NCBI RefSeq assembly: GCF_932274485.2
Contig: NC_065883.2
Coordinates: forward strand, 558,001-620,000
Direction of reading: 5' to 3'
DNA: 62,000 bases
Position 1 is the stretch's first letter. Each line of letters begins with the position of its first letter. Both the position numbers and the translations under genes were made by a program. The notes beneath the pieces are model-generated. The model did no database searches and was not told where the DNA came from. It was given only the letters and a program-made list of their open reading frames with translations. Shown piece after piece: positions 25,255 to 37,610 of this stretch.

Positions 25255-28200
25255 TTGTTTTACGACTTGTATTTACGTTTATTCGATCTTATCAATTATA
25301 TATTTAAACATATTAGTTTGATACATAAAGTACTTTCTGAACTGAAGAAAACTGTCAATTCCCTATATACCATACCCTTGGAAACAACTGCATTTACGAC
25401 AAGCAACCAATACCACGTACGTTTAAACAAACACCTGCAATACTGTCAAATCTCAGGACTATCTTTTGAAGACCCATCATCCGAATCACTATATAAGCAT
25501 AAGTTGAATAATTTTCCTAATAGGAAGCTTACACATGTAACACTTAGTGCAAATGCTTTGCTCTCAATTACCCTTATAATATATACGTTGTTACTATTGT
25601 CAGGAGACATCGAACTAAATCCAGGACCCGCCTCATTAATACATAATCAACTTTCAATTGTTCATCTGAATGTAAGGAGTTTCAAAAACAAAATTGACTT
25701 AATAGCTGTAGAACTAAGACATTTTGACATCATAACAATTAGTGAAACCTGGCTCGATAGAAATACCACATCTGAATCAATTTCTTTACCTTCTTACTAC
25801 CCACCTATTAGGAAAGACAGAAATAATCATGGGGGAGGACTTATTATTTACGTTCGTAATTCCATATCGTTCAAACGCAGGGCTGATCTAGAAAACAGTG
25901 AAATAGAGTATATATGGATAGAAGCAAATTGTAACAACCACAAATTTTTACTTGGCAATTATTATAGACCACCCTCATCAACTTCTAGTACAAACCAACA
26001 AATATTTAACTCTCTTCAAAATGCTATAAGCGACCCCTTGGACAAATGCATAATTTTAGGTGACTTCAATATTGATATGTTAAAAAAATCTAAAAGTTTT
26101 ATTCACGATGCTATAAATATATTCGACCTTACCCAGCTGATAAATAAACCTACCCATTATTCCAGCAAAAACCACACTTCTTTAATAGACTTGATATTAA
26201 CCAGCTCTACATTACGAACAACTGAAAATGGTGTACTTGACAACTTCTGTAGTGACCACTGTCCGGTATATTGCAAATTGGCATTTAACGTACAAAAACA
26301 ACACAGCTTCAAGCGAACGGTATGGAATTATGAAAACGCAGACCTTGGGGGCATAAAAAGGGACGTTATAGCTACTAAATGGTACAATCTTATCAATAGC
26401 TCAAATGTAGAAGCATCGTGTGTTCAATTTACAAGCTCATTGATCAATATAGCAAAAGAAAATATACCATGCAAAATAGTGACTATTAGGCAACATGACA
26501 AACCCTGGATGAATGGCGCAATAAGACGTATGAAAAAGAAAAAAAATAGATTACACAAAAAAGCGGTAAATAGGAATTCAGACTCTGATTGGCAAAATTT
26601 CAGGAAAATTAGAAATGACTACATAGACTTAATTAGAAAAAGCAAAAATGATTACTTTGACAAAATAGACAAACAAATTAGTGACACAGAAAACTTTGGA
26701 ACAAAAACCTGGTGGAAACTTATTAATTCATATACTAAAACACACGCTGCTTCTACAAACGAACCACCGCCCTTAACAGTTAACGGTAACACTGTGTTTA
26801 CTCAAGCCGAAAAAGCAAATGCTTTAAACTCATTCTTCATCAAACAATCACAACTAGATAGCACTAATAAATCCCTACCACTGCTTGTTATGAACCCTAA
26901 CAGCATCGATAAGATTGTACCAAATCCAGAGGAAGTTAAAGACATAATAGACAGCCTAGATATTACAAAAGCCTCAGGACCCGACGAAATAAACGCGAGA
27001 ATTCTAAAATACATCTCAAAAGAAATCAGTCATCCACTTTGCCAACTTTTTAAACTATCATTAGATCTACACATTGTACCAAACATTTGGAAATTTGCAA
27101 ACGTGGTCGCTATATTCAAAAAAGGCTCTCCAAACGATTGTAGTAATTATAGACCAATCTCCCTCTTAAGTATAATAGTCAAAATTTTTGAAAAAATCAT
27201 CCACAAACATGTCTTTAACTTCCTTAGAGATAACTCAATACTAACACCTGTCCAGAGTGGCTTTCTTCCAGGTGATTCTACCATATTTCAACTAATCGAC
27301 CTAACACACTTCTTCTGTCGAGCCATTGACCAACATCAATATACTAGAATAGTCTTCTGTGACATCAGCAAGGCCTTTGACAGGGTTTGGCATGCCGGAC
27401 TCTGTCACAAGCTGGATGCTGCGGGGGTTCGAGGAGATCTACTGCTCTGGTTCGTAGATTATTTAAAAAATAGACAACAATGTGTAACCATCAGTGGCAC
27501 CTCCTCGGACCCCAGAAGCATCCCTGCTAGTGTTCCACAGGGATCTGTACTAGGCCCTCTTTTATTCTTAATATACATAAATGATATTGTGAACAATATA
27601 AATTCAAACATTAGATTATTTGCTGACGATACCTCTTTATACTTAAAAATTGAAGACCCAGAGGCAAGTGCTGCTACCATTAACGATGACTTAAATCGAA
27701 TCAGAAATTGGGCTGAGACATGGCTGGTAACTTTTAACCCCCTAAAAACAGAGACACTGACTATTACTACTAAACCCCACATAGTTAACCCACCATTATT
27801 TATGAACCAGGTACAAATCAAAGAAGTAAGTGAACATAAACATCTAGGTCTTATCTTTCAAACTAACTGTAAATGGAATAATCATATAGATAGCATTGTA
27901 AGCAAAGTATCCAAACTAGTAAATTGCCTTCGTTCTCTAAAATATCGATTAAATAGAAAATCTTTAAACATAATATACTCTTCTTTTATCATTCCACACT
28001 TTGATTATGCCGACATTATCTGGGATGGGTGCAGTGATTATTTAGCTAACAAACTAGAATCCCTACAATTAGATGCACTGCGCACTATCTGTGGGGCGGT
28101 AAGAGGTACTAGCCATGCCTTACTCTATAAAGAGACTGGGTTTGTTCCACTCTCGGAAAGACGTCGACGTCATAAATTAAAATTAATGTACAAAATTACT

Positions 28201-28773
28201 AACAACCTCGTTCCATCATATCTCTCTGACCTATTAGAACTGTCCTCTACCCCTATCAATTATACCCTTAGAAACAAAGATAAACTAAAGGAAACCAGAT
28301 GCAGAACCGAAATTTTCTCAGAGTCCTTCATCCCTTCCAGTATACGAGAATGGAACAAACTTAACGTTGAAATTAGAAACTCTCGATCCCTTGCTATCTT
28401 TGGAAATTCACTAAATAAATTAGACACCTTCGTGCCATCATATTACTATACTGGGATACGAAAATTACAAATAATCCACTGTAAACTAAGATTATGCTGC
28501 TCGAACCTACAAGGCCATAAATTCCTCAGACACGTCGATGATAGCCCTGCTTGCCTCTGTGGTCACAAATTCGAGGATACCGAACACTACTTACTCGTAT
28601 GCCACTTATATTCAGATGCAAGAAAACGGACAATCCATAACCTTCAACATAATCATAAAACAATCAGTTGTCTGTTGTATGGGTCAACAAAACTTAGTCC
28701 AGAGATAAACACACTTATTTTCCAAGAAGTCCAACAATTTATTTCCTTATCAAAAAGATTTAAATCTCCATAA
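25255..28773 (+). CDS. LINE ORF2: 2A-like peptide, apurinic-type endonuclease, reverse transcriptase; true start uncertain
   Basis: GDIELNPGP; APE motifs HLNVRS, ISETWL, LGDFN, IDLIL, SDHCPV; RT motifs NYRPISLL, CDISKAFDRVWH, VPQGSVLGP, LFADD, HKHLG; C-terminal CLCG...H...C. No stops. Confidence 0.95.
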   Translation: MFYDLYLRLFDLINYIFKHISLIHKVLSELKKTVNSLYTIPLETTAFTTSNQYHVRLNKHLQYCQISGLSFEDPSSESLYKHKLNNFPNRKLTHVTLSANALLSITLIIYTLLLLSGDIELNPGPASLIHNQLSIVHLNVRSFKNKIDLIAVELRHFDIITISETWLDRNTTSESISLPSYYPPIRKDRNNHGGGLIIYVRNSISFKRRADLENSEIEYIWIEANCNNHKFLLGNYYRPPSSTSSTNQQIFNSLQNAISDPLDKCIILGDFNIDMLKKSKSFIHDAINIFDLTQLINKPTHYSSKNHTSLIDLILTSSTLRTTENGVLDNFCSDHCPVYCKLAFNVQKQHSFKRTVWNYENADLGGIKRDVIATKWYNLINSSNVEASCVQFTSSLINIAKENIPCKIVTIRQHDKPWMNGAIRRMKKKKNRLHKKAVNRNSDSDWQNFRKIRNDYIDLIRKSKNDYFDKIDKQISDTENFGTKTWWKLINSYTKTHAASTNEPPPLTVNGNTVFTQAEKANALNSFFIKQSQLDSTNKSLPLLVMNPNSIDKIVPNPEEVKDIIDSLDITKASGPDEINARILKYISKEISHPLCQLFKLSLDLHIVPNIWKFANVVAIFKKGSPNDCSNYRPISLLSIIVKIFEKIIHKHVFNFLRDNSILTPVQSGFLPGDSTIFQLIDLTHFFCRAIDQHQYTRIVFCDISKAFDRVWHAGLCHKLDAAGVRGDLLLWFVDYLKNRQQCVTISGTSSDPRSIPASVPQGSVLGPLLFLIYINDIVNNINSNIRLFADDTSLYLKIEDPEASAATINDDLNRIRNWAETWLVTFNPLKTETLTITTKPHIVNPPLFMNQVQIKEVSEHKHLGLIFQTNCKWNNHIDSIVSKVSKLVNCLRSLKYRLNRKSLNIIYSSFIIPHFDYADIIWDGCSDYLANKLESLQLDALRTICGAVRGTSHALLYKETGFVPLSERRRRHKLKLMYKITNNLVPSYLSDLLELSSTPINYTLRNKDKLKETRCRTEIFSESFIPSSIREWNKLNVEIRNSRSLAIFGNSLNKLDTFVPSYYYTGIRKLQIIHCKLRLCCSNLQGHKFLRHVDDSPACLCGHKFEDTEHYLLVCHLYSDARKRTIHNLQHNHKTISCLLYGSTKLSPEINTLIFQEVQQFISLSKRFKSP

Positions 28774-29018
28774 ACAACTCTTAAGTCATTCCAAGCCCTG
28801 CACTCTGTGTAATCATCTAAGTCTCTATATTATCCATGATGTATCATATATGCTCTATAATTATGTAATTATGTATATATGTATGTATGTAAATATTTAT
28901 AATGTGTACATGTACCTAAATCAGAGAGAGGGGTCACACATAGGCATAGCCTGTTCCCCAATCCTAATTCAGATTTAATGAATAAAAATATTGTTTAAAA
29001 AAAAAAAAAAAATAATAA

Positions 29019-32000
29019 CTACAGAGTACATGTGAATCTTTTCGTTTCTTTACTATAATTTTGTACGGTAAGAAATATATGGATATTAAAAGATTTAGGA
29101 AACAGAGTAAAACAATCTAAATAAATTGTATGCAACTCAGGTCGTGGTAGATTGCCTATAAAGCCAATTGATGGCGTTGTAACACATATTTTGAGCAATC
29201 AAAGAAGTAGTGAAATGAATTTTCAATGCTTTTATTATCGCATTTACAGTATGGATTTTGAACGATGTTTGATTTATTAAGATCATAATTTAGACCACTA
29301 CAGGTGTGGCATATACGATTATGGTAAATGGATAATTTTCTGTTGCCGATGTTTTTTAATTTTGGAGGTTTGACTTTAGTTTTTATATTGGTTTTAAAAT
29401 CAGATAAAATTAGTGTGGATTTTATACCCGGAAGTAAACTATTGAACTGTTGAATAGTTTTAGGAAAAAATGAGTTCTGTGTTACAGTTAAACGAACAAG
29501 TGGTACTTTTAGATCATTACATTTTCAAAGATTATAACTATTGCTATGATAACTTATTATGTCTTGAAGATAAGACGGTCTTGTTTTTTGAATAAGTTTA
29601 TTCAATAAGCACAATCGTCTTATCTTTCTGTGATCATGTAATTTAGTCCATGCATTTTCAAAATAAAGCCATCCACGAGATGCATAAATAGTGCAACCAG
29701 TTTATACCGTGCGGGCAGCTTTAAGCTGCAATTTTTCAAGCTTTTCTGAGTTATAATTTGAACAATTATCCCATACTTCGCAGGCATACTCAAGAATTGG
29801 CAAGATATAACATTTATATAATTTACTTAAATTGGATTGTGTAAGTTGAAATTTAGCTCTACGTAAATGGTTAAGTTTAAAAGACGCTTGTTTTTTTATA
29901 GATTCAATATGATAGTCCCATTTAAGGTCATCTTGGATAAACACACCTAGATGTTTATGAAAAGAAACCGTATGTAGATACGTGCTTTGAAATTTAATAT
30001 TTAAAGGAAAGATAACATTTTTGTTAGTGAAAATCATTAATTAAGTTTTTTCAGGATTAAAAGATATTAGCCATTTATTTGCCCAGACACACAACTGATT
30101 TAAATCATAATTCAATTCAGATTCAACATTCGATAAATCTGTTGACGAAGAACATAGCGTTGTGTCATCAGCAAATAATCTCGTTAAACCTTTAAGTTGA
30201 TCAGATACATTATTTATATAAATCAAAAGAAGCAGAGGACCAAGAATCGAACCTTGCGGAACGCCAGAATTTGTACACAAAGTATCAGATAAACAATTTT
30301 CTTGATTTCTGTTATTTACGTAATTAGAAATTAGTACGAGTCTGTCATCTTGGATTCCATAACTATTTAATTTATGCAATAATCTTTATAAGAAACTTTA
30401 TCGAAAGCTTTGGAAATGTCGCAGAATACTAAGTCTGCGTATTCTTTTTTATCTAAAGAATTGCAAATGTATTGATATATTTCAATAAGCTGATGTACCG
30501 TAGATATACCTGGTAAAAATCCCGATTGGTACTTGTTAAAAAGTTCATTTTTTGAGAAATAACGAAAAAGATTCTGATAAATTAATCGTTCAAAAACTTT
30601 ATAAATACTATTTAACAGGGAAATGGGTCTATAATTTTTTGGATCCGACCTATCACCTTTTTTATTCAAAGGAATAACATTGGCTTGTTTCCATTTACTC
30701 TGAAATATATTCTGTTTTATAATAACTTTGAAAAGTAAATTGAGGGGGTTACATATACTATGTTTTACAGATTTTAATACTTTATTATTAACTGGCCCGG
30801 GTCCGCTGGCTTTCGATCCATTTATTGAATTTAATACATTTTTATACGCCCACATTTTTATGTGGACGTATTATGCCGTCGCCCCTGTCCGTCTGGACGT
30901 CCACGGACGTCCGTCCGTCCACAATTGTTTGTGGACTCTCTACGGGTCACAATTCTTATCCGATTTTGACGAAACTTGAAATATAGGTTTATCCCCAAAA
31001 GATCTCGGCTGCTTTCGATATTGGCATGTATCGGATAGAAACTTCATGGATTATGGCCCCTGATTGTACGAAAAATCACGTTTTTAGCTTGTGGACCCTA
31101 TAGAGGTTACAATTTTTATCCGATTTTGTTGAAACTAGAAATGTAAGTTTATAACCCAAAGATCTCGGTTCCTTTTGATATTTGCGCATATCGGACCGTA
31201 AGTTCCTGAATTATGGCCCCTGATTGTACGAAAAATCGCGTTTTTAGCTTGTGGACCCTATACATGTAGAGGTCATAATTTTTATCCGATTTAAAAAAAA
31301 ACGTATTATTATATCACCGTTACACCCTAAGGCCGCGGCTGAGTTCGAATTTCGTAAAAATCGGCCCAAAACTGACAAACAAAATGGCCGCCCTTCGTTC
31401 TCAAATAGCGTAAAAATATGGTATATCAAGGCTGTGGACCCTATAAAGGTCACAATTTTAATCCGATTTTGTTGAAACTTGAAATGTAAGTTTATAACAC
31501 AAAGATCTCGGTTCCTTTTGATATCTGCGCATATCGAATTGTAATTTCCTGAATTATGGCCCTTGATTGTAGGAAAAATCACTTTCTTTTTAGCTTGTTC
31601 TCTATCCATCTCTCGAAAATGTGGGCGTATCCTGCCTGGCAGCCGCTGGTTGACATCCGTTAAAGTAAAAGAATAAGGGGGACATATTGTTGTACAGCGT
31701 GTTTAGAATTCGGGCTGCACTTTCATATCTTGTATTGTCGAAATAGATGTGAAATATTGGTTCAAAAAATTGGCTTTTGATTTAGATTCGTTAACATAAG
31801 AACCATAAGAATTATTCAAGGGGGGAATTAATGTTTTTTGTGAAGTGGGAATGAAATTTTTCATCGCTTTCCAGTAATCCCTTTTGGAAAGATTGGACAT
31901 ATTTATTAACTGATTCATTATACTGAGTTTTGGCATATTGTTTCATGTTATTCACTTTATTCATTGCTTTTTTAAAAAAGAGCAATATGCGATTCACTTT

Positions 32001-33232
32001 TGGTTTTTAAGGCTTTCTTTCTTAATATATCACGCTGTCGAATTAGACGTCTTATTTGGTTGTTAACCCAAGGTTTATCATTAGGATGAACTGTAATTGT
32101 TTTAGTAGGAATATATAGAGATATTAATTGTTCAATTTTTATATCAAATTTATCAATAATATTACCAATTTGGTACGAGTCGTTAATAATTCCATGCCAA
32201 TTGAAACTGTTTATTTCATTATTTAGGGCGGCAAAATTTGCTCTTTTGTAAAGAAAAAGTTCCCCTTTAAAAGATTTTTTAGAAGGTATACCATGATTTA
32301 AATAGATAAATGTTGCTCTGTGATTAGATAAAAAACTAGGAACATCTAAAGTATCGGCTGCTATAAGTCATAAACGATGGGATAATAATAGGATCTATTA
32401 ATGTAGATTTTGTGTTTGATAATCTAGTGGGCTTAGTTGTTACGTTTTTTAAATCATATAAATTAATCAATGATTGTAACTTGTTATGTTAAAAGGTCAG
32501 AGTTCAAATCACCCAAAATTATTATGCTATTCGATATATCAAGACCATTCGATTGATTCATCCAATAAAGGCCGAAAGTTATCTGGCGATTGTTCAGACC
32601 TATAAACACAACATAACAACAATTTAATTGTATTCATTTCAATTTTCAGCCAATAATATCAGCATCAAATTCAAGTGTAGGTACTCTGCATAATATAATA
32701 TCACGTTGGGTGTAAATTAAAATCCCCACCACGATTATTTCTATCTTTACGATATGGTAAATTATATCCAGCTATATCTATCTCTTCGCTTTTAATGTTA
32801 CTATCCAAATGGGTTTCAGTAAAACATAATATTTTAAAATCTAATAGTTTATTTGTAATGAAGTATATTTGGGATCTGACGAATCTCGCATTCAAATGAC
32901 AAATTGAAAAGTTGAAATTAGTATCAATGGGGCCCGGATTGGGATGAATGTCTATTTGTATAAGACGTGATATCAGCGCTACTATAACACTTAACGTTAA
33001 TTCTTTTTGAATTAAGAACAAGTTCAATTTCAAATTCATATGGTCATCATTCTTAATTACATATTTTATCGTAGCAGTTAAATACAATATTATAATACAA
33101 CATGCAATATGCTCAATAAGCTTTAAATATACAAAGTCATTAAAACAATCAACAATTGAAAATTAAAAATTATAAACTATTTGAATAGTCTTTCCGTGTA
33201 GATTTTAGAAGTATACTTCTGTAGATAAACAT
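29019..33232 (-). pseudogene. Decayed second CR1-group LINE ORF2 (APE-RT), tail-to-tail with the intact LINE, interrupted by a HINE
   Basis: Fragments DIHPNPGP, FTETHL, NYRPISLL, CDISKAFDKV, VPQGSILGP, LFADD, HKHLG, LEYACEVW, with frameshifts and stops. Confidence 0.9.
30842..31651 (-). mobile_element. Helentron/HINE-like tandem-array element inserted at TT in the LINE ORF2
   Basis: Hairpin tatacgcccacatttttatgtggacgta, (gtcc)n microsatellite, ~150-180-bp units, subterminal gggcgtat. Removal restores TLTDV/KNVLNSING. Confidence 0.85.
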
Positions 33233-33346
33233 AACGTTTAATGTTTATATTAGAAGAAGTTGCCAGTACAAATAGAATGATATGAAAAAAGAGATATGAG
33301 ATAATAGCACAATATCGTTTTCCGTCGAAATTATACACGATTTTCT

Positions 33347-33606
33347 GGGGGGTTGGATGGCTGAATGGTTAGCACGTGCGTGCTGTATCATAAAGTCTGT
33401 CATTGAGTCAACTTGCGTGGTTTCGAATCCCCGGTTGTACGTGACAAGGTTGCCTCCCACTGCTCAAGACCCCAACGCACAAGCGAATTCTGGAAATAAA
33501 ATTGAACCATATGTATGTTAGTCCCGAAATGACCTGGTTTGTGTCGAGTGGACGTTAAACCCCATCTCTCTCTCTATCTCTCTCTCTCTCTCTCTATCTC
33601 TCTCTC
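33347..33606 (+). mobile_element. Family A V-SINE (duplicated at 36673-36914)
   Basis: Head, deleted V core and (ct)n tail; the same deletion is present in both copies. Confidence 0.85.
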
Positions 33607-33948
33607 CTTATAAACGATTTTCTAAATAAGATCAATGACGTAGGTAAATTTTAATTCACTTGTTACGTGAAATTGTCAATTCAGAGTGAATTGTATAAAT
33701 GCATAATTTACTAGTTATCGGTCTATCATTCAGCATGTTTTTTTTCGGATACATGTATATCTATTATTGTTAGAGAGGATACATGTATATCTATTATTGT
33801 TAGAGAGGATACATGTATATCTATTATTGTTATAGAGGATGATACATGTATATCTATTATTGCTAGAGAGGATGATAAAATGATAAAAAGTATAAATAAA
33901 TGTGATAGATACCAGATTTGTGTTTTTATATCTGTCTGCGTTCAACAG

Positions 33949-36900
33949 AACCCTAAGGTCGGCCGAGTTCGAATTTCGTGAAAATCGGCCCAAAATTGAC
34001 AGATAAAATGGCCGCCGTTCGTTCTCAAATAGCGTAAAAATATAGTATATCAAGGTTGTGGACCCTATAGAGGTCACAATTTTTATCCGATTTTGTTGAA
34101 AATTGAAATGTAAGTTTATAACCCAAAGATCTCGGTTCCTTTCCATATTTGCGTATATCGGAAGGTAACGTCCTGAATTATGGCCCCTGATTGTACGAAA
34201 AATCACGTTTTTAGCTTGTGGACCCTATAGAGGTCATAATTTTTATCCGATTTAAAAAAAACCGTATTATCATATCACCGTTACACCCTAAGTACGACTG
34301 AATTCGAATTTCGTGAAAATCGGCCCAACATTGACAGACAAAATGGCCGCCGTTCGTTCCCAAATAGCGTAAAAATATGGTATATAAAGGTTGTGGACCC
34401 TATAGAGGTCACAATTTTTATCCGATTTTGTTGAAACTTGAAATGTAAGTTTATAACCCAAAGATCTCGGTTCCTTTCGATATTTGCGCATATCGGACCG
34501 TAAGTTCCTGAATTATGGCCCCTGATTGTACGAAAAATCGCGTTTTTAGCTTGTGGACCCTATACATGTAGAGGTCATAATTTTTATCCGATTTAAAAAA
34601 AAAACGTATTATTATATCACCGTTACACCCTAAGGCCGGCTGAGTTCGAATTTCGTAAAAATCGGCCCAAAACTGACAAACAAAATGGCCGCCCTTCGTT
34701 CTCAAATAGCGTAAAAATATGGTATATCAAGGCTGTGGACCCTATAATGGTCACAATTTTAATCCGATTTTGTTGAAACTTGAAATGTAAGTTTATAACA
34801 CAAAGATCTCGGTTCCTTTCGATATCTGCGCATATCGAATTGTAATTTCCTGAATTATGGCCCTTGATTGTAGGAAAAATCACTTTCTTTTTAGCTTGTT
34901 CTCTATCCATCTCTCGAAAATGTGGGCGTATCCTGCCTGGCAGCCGCTGGTTGACATCCGTTAAAGTAAAAGAATAAGGGGGACATATTGTTGTACAGCG
35001 TGTTTAGAATTCGGGCTACACTTTCATATCTTGTATTGTCGAAATAGATGTGAAATATTGGTTCAAAAGATTGGCTTTTGATTTAGATTCGTTAACATAA
35101 GAACCATAAGAATTATTCAAGGGGGGAATTAATGTTTTTTGTGAAGTGGGAATGAAATTTTTCATCGCTTTCCAGTAATCCCTTTTGGAAAGATTGGACA
35201 TATTTATTAACTGATTCATTATACTGAGTTTTGGCATATTGTTTCATGTCATTCACTTTATTCATTGTTTTTTTTAAAAAAGAGCAATATGCGATTCACT
35301 TTTGGTTTTTAAGGCTTTCTTTCTTAATATATCACGCTGTCGAATTAGACGTCTTATTTGGTTGTTAAACCAAGGTTTATCATTAGGATGAACTGTAATT
35401 GTTTTAGTAGGAATATATAGAGATATTAATTGTTCAATTTTCTTATCAAATTTATCAATAATATTACCAATTTGGTACGAGTCGTTAATAATTTCATGCC
35501 AATTGAAACTGTTTATTTCATTATTTAGGGCGGCAAAATTTGCTCTTTTGTAAAGAAAAAGTTCCCTTTTAAAAGATCTTTTAGAAGGTATACCATGATT
35601 TAAATAGATAAATGTTGCTCTGTGATCAGATAAAAAACTAGGAACATCTAAAGTATCGGCTGCTATAAGGTAGGTCATAAACGATGGGATAATAATAGGA
35701 TCTATTAATGTAGATTTTGTGTTTGATAATCTAGTGGGCTTAGTTGTTACGTTTTTTAAATCATATAAATTAATCAATGATTGTAACTTGTTATCTTATG
35801 TTAAAAGGTCAGAGTTCAAATCACCCAAAATTATTATGCTATTCGATATATCAAGACCATTCGATTGATTCATCCAATAAAGGCCGAAAGTTATCTGGCG
35901 ATTGTTCGGACCTATAAACACAACATAACAACAATTTAATTGTATTCATTTCAATTTTCAGCCAAATAATATCAGCATCAAATTCAAGTGTAGGTACTCT
36001 GAATGATATAATATCATGTTGTGTGTAAATTAAAATCCCCCCACCACGATTATTTCTATCTTTACGGTATGGTAAATTATATCCAGCTATATCTATCTCT
36101 TCGCTTTTAATGTTACTATCCAAATGGGTTTCAGTAAAACATAATATTTTAAAATCTGATAGTTTATTTGTAATGAAGTATATTTGGGATCTGACGAATC
36201 TCGCATTCAAATGACAAATTGAAAAGTTGAAATTAGTATCAATGGGGCCCGGATTGGGATGAATGTCTATTTGTACAAGACGTGATATCAGCGCTACTAT
36301 AACACTTAACGTTAATTCTTTTTGAATTAAGAACAAGTTCAATTTCAAATTCATATGGTCATCATTCTTAATTACATATTTTATCGTAGCAGTTAAATAC
36401 AATATTGTAATACAACATGCAATATGCTCAATAAGCTTTAAATATACAAAGTCATTAAAACAATCAACAATTGAAAATGAAAAATTATAAACTATTTGAA
36501 TAGTCTTTCCGTGTAAAAATAAACTAGATTTTAGAAGTATACTTCTGTAGATAAACATAACGTTTAATGTTTATATTTGAAGAAGTTGCCAGTACAAATA
36601 GAACGATATGAAAAAAGAGATATGAGATAATAGCACAATATCGTTTTCCGTCGAAATTATACACGATTTTCTGGGGGGTTGGATGGCTGAATGGTTAGCA
36701 CGTGCGTGCTGTATCATAAAGTCTGTCATTGAGTCAACTTGCGTGGTTTCGAATCCCCGGTTGTACGTGACAAGGTTGCCTCCCACTGCTCAAGACCCCA
36801 ACGCACAAGCGAATTATGGAAATAAAATTGAACCATATGTATGTTAGTCCCGAAATGACCTGGTTTGTGTCGAGTGGACGTTAAACCCCATCTCTCTATC

Positions 36901-37159
36901 TCTCTCTCTCTCTCCTTATAAACGATTTTCTAAATAAGATCAATGACGTAGGTAAATTTTAATTCACTTGTTACGTGAAATTGTCAATTCAGAGTGAATT
37001 GTATAAATGCATAATTTACTAGTTATCGGTCTATCATTCAGCATGTTTTTTTCGGATACATGTATATCTATTATTGTTAGAGAGGATGATAAAATGATAA
37101 GTATAAATAAATGTGATAGATACCAGATTTGTGTTTTTATATCTATCTGAGTTCAACAG
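33949..37159 (-). repeat. Tandem duplicate of [HINE array + LINE ORF2 5' half + SINE + flank]
   Basis: Near-identical to ~31100-33948; both blocks end gttcaacag. Contains APE ORFs 35851-36558 and 35274-35777. Confidence 0.9.
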
Positions 37160-37610
37160 GTTGGCACGTGTAATTTATTATAGGTGCACATAATTGGATT
37201 GTAATCAAAGAAATTGCGCGCTCATAATACTACTATAGGCTATAGTCATAAGAGGGATGAAAGCTGAAAAGTTCTAAATATGCAACATAGTTAATTCATA
37301 TCTACATTCAAGTTAAATCAACTGTATCTATTCATTTCAAGTCTTACGTGAAGCTGAATAAACTATATGATTTATTGTCATTAAAACATCTATGGTTGGT
37401 TAACCATGTGTACTTAAAATTTTCTACGCCAAGTCTATGACATCTAGATATTTAAAGCGCAACAACAATATATTCATAAATTATATATCCTCTCACCAGA
37501 CGCTGATTAAGAGATATCATTCTCCGATAATTCCTGAAGAACGCCGTATTAAATTATGTTAATTACTTCATTTTGCCTTGGCCAAATTCGACCGACTTTG
37601 AGTATGATTT

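Larger units (their letters stand above)
20797..29012 (+). mobile_element. Apparently full-length CR1-group (CR1-Zenon-like) non-LTR retrotransposon
   Basis: YY1-like cagccatttt near the presumed 5' end (approximate), ORF1, long spacer, uninterrupted APE-RT ORF2, 3' stem-loop (caggctatgcctatg/cataggcatagcctg region), then aataaaaatattgtttaaa and poly(A). No TSD seen. Confidence 0.88.
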
